From Botryllus schlosseri (Eukaryota), in the NCBI GenBank assembly GCA_051294905.1, contig CM119372.1, positions 30,072,001 through 30,136,000 on the forward strand: 64,000 nucleotides of DNA, read 5' to 3'. The notes below the pieces were generated by a model. It had not been told where the DNA came from, ran no database searches, and saw only the letters and a list, made by a program, of their open reading frames with translations. Below, piece after piece: positions 1-11,339 of the stretch. Numbering within the stretch: the first letter of the stretch is position 1; every line of letters starts with the position of its first letter. The position numbers and the translations under genes were made by a program.

Positions 1-1149
1 TAAACGCTCAAGTCTATTAATGATCTTGATTTGGTAGAATAGGGACACTTGATATCTGTCAATACACACATTACAAAAGTGCCGCAAACATGTCCTAAAA
101 CTACTTTAAAAAATATAACACTCCGGCAAGTATGCAATATTACATAGTACTCTGAAAAGGTGGAAATACTATCTTCTTTACTTTCATTCAGTGTGCATGC
201 CTCCTCTTTACATCGCCTAGGTCAAGATGGGTGTCTGATTCCATAGACTAGTCCAAGTCGCTTCGACATCTTCCTGTCTTTTCATTGTATCGCATTTTGT
301 GGTGTATTGAACTGATAAAATTTCTAATAAACCAATGATGATGATGATGATCGTCTGTTTGCACCACGACATAAATGCTTTAAAGTTCAAGGGTCTCTTT
401 GCTTTTTGATAAGCTTTTTCTTTCTTTCATCTCTTGCTTGCTTCCATACGTCCTCGTCAGTGGTGCCGATTTTCGAGCCTCATCGGCTTTACTTAGCCAT
501 CTGGGCTTGATTACATGACGCTGCTCATGTAGTTAGGTAAGCAGTGGGGAGTCCAGATAAGCCTCCAACCCACTTGCGTCAAGTGGGATTCGAACTCAAT
601 TCCAACGCTTCCCCAATCTTTCAGGTAATTTTGCAGTTACCCACCTCTACGTCATAAACTTTCATTATACTCATGGCTGAACTGAATATTTCCCAATTCT
701 TTGCCATCACCACCATACATTGCTGATATTGGATGGTCGTTGTCTAAATCATTTTGACTTCTTTTGACCAGATTCGGATTATTTTTGAAGAACTCGCAAA
801 TCGTAAAAGTAGCCTAACCCAATCCATCTGAAATCAAATTTAACACGGTACGGTAATGTTACAATATTAATAATCTCCGATGTTGACTGATCACTGTCTC
901 CGTGTCGATAAGTATATACTTGATGCATAATAATGCTGCAGCCATACGATGAATAGTTAGTAGGTCCAGATGAAAGTACTAAACCTTGGAATTACTTGTT
1001 TGAAATAGGCTATCTTAAACTGCTCTATACTCCATCATGTTAATTGAATACTATACATTGTCATCTATCTGCACGAAAAAAAATCAATCCTGTAACACAA
1101 ACACATAATGTGACAGCAAAGACCAGCGCAGTAGCAGAAATTGCGACAC

Positions 1150-1700
1150 ACAAATGCATTACTGTCGCAGAGAAGATGATACCAGAAACGCGCTTGGCCC
1201 CAGACGGTGGTTGCTATGCTGAAAAGTCACGTGACTTTCGAGCCCAATACTCGACCTTGATAACGAAATTGCTGCCCGAATCATTGAGTACCAACCTTGA
1301 GACTTGGCACAGCGTTCGATACTAAAATAAAGATACCATGCAAAAGCTCATGACGGATCTAGCTAAGGAGCATCGTTAAAATCAATGGAGACCAATACCG
1401 GCTTTTGCGTAAAATCTGTTTGCGATACATGACGGATCAGCACACACTCAACTTCGGAATCGGATTTACTACCCTAAACTTTGAGTAGAAACCCTAAAAC
1501 TTAGGACAGTGTTAAATACCACCATCACGACATGACATACCAAGTTTCAAAAATTATCATGGAGTGAAACACCATCAAAATCAAACTATACCAGCAAAGA
1601 TCGACTCAACGCATATGACGGTAACCGAGTTCAGATATAGATACGATTGTTACATCACACCTTAAGGGCAACTAGGCTATGTTGCCCCGGCTGCTCGGTA
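1150..1700 (+). mobile_element. Possible very old Gypsy gag/protease relic
   Basis: Fragmentary translations DLDNEIAARII...TMQKLMTDLAKE and KDRLNAYDGNRVQI resemble Gypsy gag and protease-flap segments. Many stops and frameshifts. Confidence 0.3.
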
Positions 1701-1967
1701 ATTTTATGAATAGGAGAGAGTAAATCACCGTTTCTTTATTGTGCGCGACGTTGAGAGAATAGACAGTGAAAGCTTGTTATGAGCGCTACCGGGGCATGCC
1801 CCGGCTAGGCATTCGCAAAGCGATAACACGCTCTGATTTCGGTATATATAGATTGCTGTGCGTCTATAAATGGTAAAGAATTGTTATTAAACAGAATTTT
1901 AGGTGGGGCAATGCCCCAGTTGCCCTATAGGACGAGCCGCCACTGATCAATATTAGAAATAGCATAT

Positions 1968-2150
1968 GTTGAAGAAATTGCTGAGAATCTGATGGTCATA
2001 CAAGAAACCATACTTTGCAAACAATGCGAGAATAATAGGAGCGAAATTACCCTGATCCCCCGTGGACATCTGGGTCTGTGTCAAGAATGTTCGTCCGATG
2101 CTGAGCGCTGCATATTCTGCTATGGGAAATATCGCAAAAGATCAAAGTGT
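1968..2150 (+). pseudogene. IAP/BIRC-type C3HC4 RING finger relic
   Basis: VEEIAENLMVIQETILCKQCENNRSEITLIPRGHLGLCQECSSDAERCIFC has IAP-RING spacing (C-x2-C-x11-[C>R]-GH-x3-C-x2-C-x6-C-x2-C). The third ligand is CGT (Arg) instead of TGT. No BIR exons were seen. Confidence 0.6.
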
Positions 2151-3066
2151 ATGGAGCTTGACGGTGCAGGCAAGACAAACGTGTTTCTGTCTATTGGACT
2201 GGTAACAAGGTAGTACTGTGTAATGACGCTTTAGTTCGCTTTAATATGTTCAAATACTGTAATCGCTATGTTCTTGATTATTACTATCAGGAAGCTTTAA
2301 ATGGCGCTAACATTTTCATGCCCTGAACATAGTTGAGAGTTAATGAACGTTTATTATGTGGATAGTCAGTTGTCGCTGCGTAATTGCATTTGTGGTTGAT
2401 TGAGGATGAGGTCATATTATTACGTATAAAATCATTGCGTGACGTACTTGATATCTGAAGGATAAGACTAGTATGTGTATTGTTGTTGACACGTATATTT
2501 GGTTCGCCGTTTAATCAAGTACCATATGATTAAGATATATTTGCTTGTTTTGTGTTAACCGTATTGATGTTAAACTATTATTAATAGTGCATGACGATAA
2601 CGGGGTTTGACAAAGCGAGACTTGTGACTAACTGCTATAAATGTAAATAGCTGGGCCCTGTAGGGATAACTAGGGTATTTACGTAAACACCAGTACTTGT
2701 CCTTGACATGTTGTTCAATGTCATAAGTAACTAAAATAAATACCCCTCCCTATAATAACGTCACAGATTCTTTACAAAGTCAAACCTGTTACAATGAGTG
2801 TTTATAATAATCTCTGTTGTACCGTCTCGTACAGTGAGGCGTTATAACCGACCACGCCTTATGTTAGTGTCGGGACCCTCCACCCTAACGGGATAGAAGT
2901 TTAGGATTCGTGGTAAATCAGATCTATGGTCTGTGAGACACGGTACATACGAATGAATAAAAAGCTTGAAACACCAGTACCATCGAACCCAGAGATATAG
3001 TAGATTGTGATCAAAATACTATTGTAATTGAGTGTTGTGTAATGACACAATATTTCATGAATGAAT

Positions 3067-3176
3067 TTTTCGGCAGGATAGGCCGTCACATGAATTATAT
3101 GTGCAAACCAACCTTGGAGCTGCTTTTCGGCAGGACAGGCCGTCGCATGAATTATATGCGTAAACAAACCTTGGAG
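3067..3176 (+). repeat. Tandem repeat, 57-bp period x2
   Basis: TTTTCGGCAGGAYAGGCCGTCRCATGAATTATATG...AACCTTGGAG at 3067-3119 and 3124-3176. Confidence 0.9.
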
Positions 3177-3553
3177 TATTGAAAACGTTTAATATTCGTG
3201 CATGTTGATGAATAGGTTTAGATAAAACTTGTAATATAATTGAAGCATGTTTACCAATTTTATCAGGTTTTACTCATAGAAACCTCATTCCACTTTGCAT
3301 GGTTATGATTGGAGTATTTGGTTGTATTAAGGTCTAGTTTACTAGTTGTACCAGATTGGTTTAAAGTTCTGGACCTGGAGGTCATTGTCTGATTGGATCC
3401 AGCTGCTGCTACCCTTATCACTGCTTCGATCACCATTTGTGGATGCTACAAGGTCACAACATCAACACAGATAAGGAAAACCAACACTGTGAAGTAAAAT
3501 CGAACCAAGTGTGGACTCTCGCAGTAACAAGCGTTGCTGGAGCTGCACTATAA

Positions 3554-4633
3554 TAGGGTTGCCATACGTCCGGAATTTCCCGGACATGTCCGGAATTTCG
3601 CTGAAAAAAATGCGTCCGGGAGGAAATTCTAAAATATGCCAAAATGTCCGGAATTTTGGAGGCTTGAAGTAGGCTCAAAAGTTTTTCGTAAATCAATATG
3701 AACAATATTATTCTCAATCAGATTTATGCTATTCGAATTTTTTTTTCACGCTGCGCGCGAGTTGATGCCACTTACGTTGATGTTAGTATGGGCACCAGGC
3801 TCCGTCCTCGCAAAAAATGAAATCAAAAATAAATAAATAACCACCAGATACTGAAATAAGTCTCATTGTAATCGTAATTGTAAGCTAACGGTATATTCCT
3901 GGAGTTGGTTAAGGCCGATTGGATGCTTCAGTCACAGACATTGGTTCCAAATCTTGGGGTCCTTTGCTTTTATCTGGGGATCGCGAAGATGTTGGATGTA
4001 ATCAGCTTCAAGAATACGCCGTGAGTAGGTTTGGAAAAGTTGAAATTTTTTTGTAATCAGTTTATCAAGTTTTGAGCTGGGCCAAAATGTTGTAGTTCAC
4101 CAGATGTGCAACCTGCTGGTGCTTTTTATAGGAGCCTAATACATGGAAGAATCAATATCATTGACAGAATTCATTCATAAAATGTAACAACCAGATGCAT
4201 ATAGTAAGTGCCCAAGCAGTTACATCGATTACCATATGGTGGGCCCAAGATCAGTGCTTTTGTGGGCGGAAGGGGGCAGAAAAAATGTTTTTTCGGACCT
4301 AGTTAAAACACACAACTAGATAGCCGCACCGACCTAACAGTATAGCAGGGCTGTCAAACACAATCCCGACACGCCAGACACGGCCCGGGTGACGATTTCA
4401 TCTGGCCCGTGAAGAAATTTATTGCGGACCCAAGCAAGTAGCAATCACCGAGCTCACATTACAGATGGCCCTATTCATGACCCATGTTCCCTCCATCCCT
4501 TTATACAGTCGATGAACAATGCGTTGCTAGTGTGACGTCATATTGGCAGACAATGTGTTATACCCCATTTTAAATCTGCTAGTGGGCGCTAAAGAGTGTC
4601 CGGAATTTGCTTCACAAAAATATGGTAACCCTA
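3554..4633. mobile_element. Non-autonomous hAT-type element inserted upstream of gag
   Basis: TIRs TAGGGTTGCCATA / TATGGTAACCCTA. Perfect 8-bp TSD CACTATAA at 3546-3553 and 4634-4641. Subterminal GTCCGGAATTT repeats. Confidence 0.9.
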
Positions 4634-5085
4634 CACTATAAACGTATTGGAGGCACCAAGCTGGGATTATTACTTCTGGTGTAGCACGTTGACCTATAAA
4701 TGTGTTCAAAGACGACCATCGTTAAAACTGCATTGTGGCCCTGATTGCGTCTGTAATTTCATTGTTAGTTACGTTGTCACCAGTATATCTACATTTGGTA
4801 CCGGGGTTTTCTTCAACTACAGTTCCGATTGGAAACGGAAGACCTAACAACGGAGTTACAACACCGTCCCCAACTCTTATTGGCTCGCAAAACATATCTA
4901 CAGGAAGCCAATTTATCATTACTAAAGACTCGCTATCTAAACTTCTGGAGTTGGAGACTAACGACCACAACTCATCACTCGGAACAACATCGTGGCCTAC
5001 CTTGGACGACCCGACCATCTCCAGCGTAAAGCGGGCCCTCGAAAACTCTACTACGGGTCTATAAATCGAATCTATTGTTATTGCC

Positions 5086-7997
5086 ATGCGAAGAATATTG
5101 AAACTATTTAAAAAGAAGAAATCAACGGCGGCATCGGCGGAGCTAAAGCAGGGAATCCGACTGCTTAAATATACCCAAAAGCGTCACGAAGATGTGCGAG
5201 ACCAAGAGAGGCAACTTGCTAAAGATGTGGCCGACCAGACAAGAGTCCTAAAGGAGTTCAAAACGACCCTGCCCGAGGCAGTGAAGGTGCTGGAAAAAGC
5301 AAGAAAAGACGTCCGGCGGGCTCAAGCTGACCTGAAGGCCGTTTGTGACGCCACTTCAAAAATTACTGGAAAAGTTTCCACAGACGTATTAAACGAAATC
5401 TTGCAGACAGAATTCAAGTTGGGTAACGCCCATGCGCAAGCGGTAGTAGACAAACAGCATCCTCCTCACGCCCTGACTGTCATGCCCACAGCACCTACTC
5501 CGGCCTATGATCCACCAGCTATCCGGATGGTCAGGGAGACTCAGCCTATGCCCACCTTCACCGTGAAAAAGGGGTTTGATTATCATACAGTAACGGCGGT
5601 CTACCCTACGCACCCAGACGTGAAGACTGATGCCCCATCTCGACCGACACCGGTTGCCCATTCACTGATGGCTCCAACCTTTAGAACAAAAGGGAATATG
5701 CATCCCGCGATGAAGACCAAAGGTGCTGCGAACACGCCCATGGCATATTGGACACCTAAGGGAATGGCGGCAGGCGAACCAATGAGAATGGACAGCGGCA
5801 CGGACTCCGAATTGGACAGTGAACATCTCCCCACATTCCGGAAACTGGTGTCGAGACCTCGAGATGCAAAGAGTCAGCAACGGGACAGTGACAAGTTGGG
5901 TGATGTTGGGACACGAAGTAGTCGGGCAGGAAACTCACCGAACGACGCTAAACACGTCACTTTTCATGGAGAAAGGGAGGAGTATGATGAAGGAGACTCG
6001 GAGGCTCAATCAGAAGATTCTGATTCTGAAAGGGCGACGACATCCGGACTGCAGAGGCTTGTACAACAAATGGAATCCGCACAGGACACCCTCCAGGAAG
6101 CTACTCGAAATGCTTTCCTTAGAGATAGTGGCGCTTCCCGAGAAATTCTCCGTGGTCCTGAGTATTACGATGCGGGCTATCTTCCAAATGGCCGGGGAAA
6201 TCCTGGAATGCCGCGTTTTGCATCTACTCCAGATGCCAGTGATGATGGCCGCCCAATTCAGCCGCGCTCGCGACAAATGGAGGTAATAGTAAACCCAACG
6301 CTAACTACACCTGCTAGATTTCAGTCCGAAAAGGAAATGATACAGTTGATAATGGATCCGGGGGACATGCCTCTTCTCAAATGGATGGAGAACACAATGA
6401 GACGGTGAAGGTAATACTGATGCTGATATAATATTGATGAATGCAATGCAGAAGAAATTGAAGAATGCTGGGCGTTACAAACAAGCTGATCAACTTGGAA
6501 ACTTCTTCAACACAAACTCGGGAAACGCCAGTTGGGAATCCGTTATGAGGTCACTATCACTTTCCAACCCGCAAGGAATTGTGAACAATGAAAAAATTAT
6601 CAACGATTTCCGAAGAACGTATCATTGGGAAGATGAACCCCTACCCCTACTTAACAGCGCCCTGAAACAACTGGAGATAGATATGGACGACCTAGTGTTT
6701 GGCAATCCGGACGGACTGCGACTTTTCCGCAATTTGAGACAGCAGCTGCCGGAAGCCCTCAGGTTGTTAATAAGGGGATGGGAAGAAAACAGCTGGCGGA
6801 AAGTCGCAGAAGAACTCCAACTGTTCTGGAACTCGGAATTCCAAGATGAACAGGAATCGAGTCCGACGATTCAGAGAACCCGAAGAACGCAGAAGAACGC
6901 GAGTCACCCTTGCCGCCTGTACATATCTATAATGTACAGCCCGCTGGGCCTGTGATACATAGCTATCCCACTCACCCTAACGGAGATGGACAACTGGGAG
7001 TACCTCCGGAGCCTACCTTATCTTCTTCACATCCTCCGCCCGAATTCGAGGCAACGCCACCTCGACCTCCCAGAGTGGTCCCTTTACGGCCTCTTGTGAT
7101 TACAGGACAGGTTTCACAACTACGCCGAAATCCTGTTCGCAACGCAAGATTAAACCGGTCCCCTACTAACGTATCGATAGGTATCGGGCCAGGCAGACGA
7201 GCGCAAACTTCTAGGAGACAAAGCGCCTCTGCTGGACCCGATACCCAGCCTCTACATATTTCAGGGTCAGCACAATCCGGTCAACAACCAGGAACTTCAA
7301 GCCAAAGAAGCCCACGAACGGAAGGAACACAGGATTCTGGAGTGGGACCAGATAATACGCAAATCACTCCGTCAAACAGTCAGGAGGCTCGCCACATCGC
7401 GGAAAGCCAAGGTGAGAGGTACAATTTCCTTGGAAATGCTAATATCTTTGCCTCATTAGGCTTGTATTTGAATCCTTCCCAGGGCCAGGCCCTTTCGGTA
7501 TGTTATTACTGTAAGGCCCCCGGGCATCAATCCCGGAATTGCGTTGCCAAGTTTATCCTTTGGCTAAACAATGAGGTACTCACTAGAGATAGCGAATTGG
7601 GATGGATAATCCGTAAACGTGTACGACCGGTGCCGCAGCGTGTTAAGGAATCTGCTGAACGCAACTGGCGTCCGTTCCCTACTACCCATGGATTATCGAC
7701 TACCCCAGATCTTGACCGGTATCTCATATCACATGGTTCTCCCTCGTTAGCAGAAAGAACAAATCTATGCGAGGCCTATTATAATAGTAGAACTAGAACC
7801 CGAGATAAAACCACTGGCAAGACAGGGACCAATGGGGCCCCAGGGGACCACCCGCGAATCCAATTCCTAATAACGGCCAGGTAGACTGGGTTGCGCCTTC
7901 ATATAGACAAGAGCCGCGTCAATACGCCGCCTCTTACTGGACAGATGAGGAATTAGAACAAGGCTTACGCGTGTCAAAAAACGGTTGGGGGCGCTGA
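5086..7997 (+). pseudogene. gag: Gag polyprotein (~970 codons) broken by three frameshifts (~6400, ~6910, ~7806)
   Basis: ORFs 5086-6408, 6401-6955, 6910-7884 and 7809-7997 overlap consecutively. N-terminal coiled-coil, capsid-like segment (KWMEN...ASWESVMRSL...WRKVAEELQLFW) and zinc knuckle CYYCKAPGHQSRNC at 7501-7542. Confidence 0.75.
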
Positions 7998-8020
7998 TTG
8001 ATCCGGTAAATCAGCTCCCA
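7976..8020 (+). promoter_or_regulatory. -1 programmed ribosomal frameshift signal (gag to pro-pol)
   Basis: A_AAA_AAC at 7976-7982 is in the gag reading frame, and a -1 slip enters the protease frame. Downstream hairpin: GCTGATT 7993-7999 pairs with AATCAGC 8009-8015, and TGGGG 7986-7990 with TCCCA 8016-8020. The gag TGA lies at 7995-7997. Confidence 0.8.
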
Positions 8021-8618
8021 GAGACAATATTACCCCAACATGTTAAAATTGTACATAATGCCTCGTTACCTTTGTTTACATTCCTTGATGCACTGGAAAA
8101 CCCCCTACAACCGAATTTCACGGAATTATTCGGTGGACAACTTTTATACTTAGTGGATACCAAAACAGGCACCAAATTCCTAGCCGATACGGGCAGTATC
8201 CCCAATTTGATTATGAAAAGCGTAGTAAAAAATAAATATCCGAAATGCTGGGCTGAACGACAGCCACTTGATATGAAATTGCGCGGAATAGGAGGCTCGT
8301 CCCGAGTCGACTCCTTAGTGATAGTACCTCTTGACGGACTGCAAGTTCCATTTGCAACTGGCAAGAGAGTTCCTCTTAATATTGTGGGGCTAAAATGGAT
8401 TGATAAAGTACAACAATTACCGAGTATAGATACTGAATTTAAAACTCCGTCTACTGATAATGAAGAATTATCATTGGCAACACTACATAGTATGACTTTA
8501 CGCGATAAAAAGGACGGAACCAGAATTGGAAACAGTCCTTGCAAAACTGTGACCAAGAATGGGTTGGTGAAAGCTGCAGAACAGCAGAGCGTCGAGACGG
8601 CAACGGCCGCTGGCGCTG

Positions 8619-9015
8619 GCGTCGAAGTGGCAAGGGCTGCTGACGCAAACGTTGGGTCGGTAAACACCGCTGACGTTACGATAGAAAAGAGAGACTCTTT
8701 GGGTGCCGAGCAAGGAAGGCCTGCTGACACCTGCCAAAATCGCGCCGAGCGAGGAAGTCCCGCTGACGCAAATAGAGTTCACACTAATCAAGGAGGCTCC
8801 AATGATGTAGGCAATATCAGCGTCGAGTTGGCAAGGGCCGCTGACGCAAACGTTGGGTCGGTTAACACCGCTGGCGTTACAAGAAATCAAATAGACTCTT
8901 TAGGTGCCGAGCAAGGAAGTCCTGCTGACACCAGTCTAATTCGTGCCGAGCGAGGAAGTCCCGCTGACGCGAATGGGGGTCAAACTAATCAAGCAGACCC
9001 CGAGGATGTAGGCAA
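8619..9015 (+). repeat. Tandem duplication, 201-bp (67-aa) unit x2, inside pol
   Basis: VE(V/L)ARAADANVGSVNTA...DSLGAEQG.PADT...RAERGSPADAN....NQ....DVG occurs twice, starting at 8619 and 8820. Confidence 0.95.
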
Positions 9016-11339
9016 AGCTGTTTGTCCAGATGACGGTAATGCATCAGTGCGGAATGATCCCACGACAGCCGCCGTCATGCCTACTTCACTCGACAATAGT
9101 TCCAACGCAGCTACTACTCATTTTCCGGATATGAGTCCGGAGGAGACTAAAGAGGAGTCTGGAGATTTTAGTATGCAAGTCTCTCCAGAACAAGGGCCCC
9201 CGTCGGATCAAAGTTCCGGCGGCGTGACGTTAGGCGTGGGCACGCGCCGAGATCAGAGGTTAACACGAATAGGTAGGGAAGTACCGCTGACGAAAAAAAA
9301 CCTCGCCCTCTCCCCACCAACTGCAAAACCCCGATTATCGCATAAGCTAAACAGAAGGATGAACGGTCTGGTAACCACGTACGTTCTACAAGAGGGAACC
9401 AGTTCTGAGGTAAATACTGACCTTGAGGTCCTGCGCCCACAATCAATTGAGCTAGCGAAATTACCATATAAGCCCCTTGATTTGACTACGCCAGAAAATA
9501 CCATTATCGCCGACAACGTATGGTCGGAGGTCTATAAACCTTTTGCGATTGAGCTGGAAGATCTGCGATGCCATCTTAGCACGCCCCAATCTATGAAGTA
9601 CAAGTGCGACATCGAACTAAAAGACCCGTCAACTAAGCCATTTGTCTCTGGTCGCTATAATATGAAAGGGGAAAGCCAGACCAAAGGTTTACAAGCAGCT
9701 ATACCCTTGTGGTCAGCAAATATGGAGTCATGCGTGACGAAGCCAATAACGGAGAAGTACCAGCAGCACATAAAAGAACATGGCCAGGCTGATGGGAAAA
9801 ATACAATACCTATGGATGCCAACATTTCTCTCAGCGCAAAGACGGCCGAAGATAACTTACTCCTCTTACGAGTTGGGTTTAAAATAAAGGAAGTGATTTA
9901 TCTCAGCACGATGCAAGCATTCACGTCAGATGGATTGTACCGATCCTATTGGATAGAAATGGCGGCAGAAGATGACGATCCCCGTGCTGCTAATCCGAAA
10001 AGGGAAGAAGTAACCCATATTTTGAGTGAATCTCAACAAGTAAGAGTACAACGAATATTGATGTACCATTACCGGCATGCAGAGTGCTAAGACTCGACAA
10101 ATGGATACCGCCCATGGGAAAACATCCATGCGATTGTACAAGGCAAACTGAAATTAAATTTTGAAATGACCGAAATAAAAGACACCTTGATAAGTTGCGA
10201 TAGGGCTGTAGTCACGACCTACGGTTTGGCCGCGGCACACCGACATACGAAAGGGTCGACTCCCCCCTACAAGGAGCACGGAGGTGACGGTATGCTATGT
10301 CACATGGCGACTGAATTGAACGCAAAAGTTCTAATGAATGAGGGGATCAAAAGGATGAACAGAAAGTTTGTTCATCCTAGCAAGTCAAAGACGACAAAGA
10401 TGCTTGGCCGGAAGATTGTTATCAGCATGAATGCGGCGGACCTGAAGACTGAAGGGGTGAAATTGCTACAATCTCCAAATCCCGATGTTGTGCTGTGTAC
10501 AGGGCCAATACCGGTGAAATGAGTGCAATTGGGAAATTGAAAATACTGCAGGGGGTCCGTCATGTGTTCACAAAATGATTGTGTTGAACTTTCAGGAATT
10601 TGGCTGCACAATGAATTCAAACGGACAAAACCTAAAACGCGTAACTAGAAATATGCTGAATCAGCAGGAGTGCACTTAATACGAGAGAATAATTGATAGT
10701 AAAAAAGGGGATTCATGTTGGAGTGTTTCACATGAAAGAAATCGATTTTTTCATGGGGAAACATGAAATGGGACGTGTTGCACATGTTCCGGGAAATCAG
10801 GTGTATAGTATATGTGGTCCAAAAGTTTGATGCATAAAAAATGGAAAAAAGATCTTGCAAAAATTTACATGAAAAATCGAAAAAAGTAGATGAAATATCG
10901 ATAAAGTTGAAAAAAATTATCTTAAAAATTGGACAAAAGTAGCAAAAAGATGCACTATAGTATTCCTCTCAACAGCCTGAAACACCATACTACATAACTT
11001 CTGAGTATTTAGAAAGCTGCCGGAAGCTGTAAAAAAAGTTGCAAAAGTCGCAAAAACTTGCCCTAGTGATAAACCAAACTTCGACCTCCAGACCCACCCA
11101 CCAGGATATGCGAAAATTTTACATAATTTATGATTGAATCGGTCAATAATATCGGGAATTGCATATATATTGCTATAATATTTTATCCTCTCTCTGCCCT
11201 CGTATTCAGATTTACCGGTAGAGCTAAGTGAGGTGTTGTCTTGGAAAATGTAGGCCCGTTATTAATAACTATTCGGGCGGGCCCGTTGGTATAATGACTT
11301 CGTTGCATGATGTTATATCGTAAACTCCTGTTAGGTGTG

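Larger units (their letters stand above)
7976..10522 (+). pseudogene. pol: Pro-pol frame: retropepsin protease, repetitive spacer, and vestigial RT/RNase H/integrase segments
   Basis: FLADTGSIPNLI (DTG at 8186-8194), LRGIGG and NIVGLKWI. ORFs 7985-10090 and 10166-10522 share one frame, separated by a single TAA. No YxDD or DDE core is visible. Confidence 0.75.
4700..10710 (+). mobile_element. Degenerate Ty3/Gypsy-like LTR retroelement internal region (leader-gag-pro-reduced pol); LTRs not identified
   Basis: Capsid-like helical region, CCHC knuckle, -1 frameshift signal, DTG aspartic protease and integrase-like remnants in canonical order. Purine tract AAAAAAGGGG at 10701-10710 is a possible PPT. 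Confidence 0.8.

Noticed and set aside
2642..2860. Candidate 5' LTR (TG...CA with AATAAA) and primer-binding site
   Set aside because: No matching repeat was found after the putative PPT at 10701-10710, and no canonical TGG-starting PBS follows.
8011..8730. 239-aa antisense ORF, and other antisense ORFs over gag, pol and the transposase
   Set aside because: They are shadows of the coding strand with no motifs.
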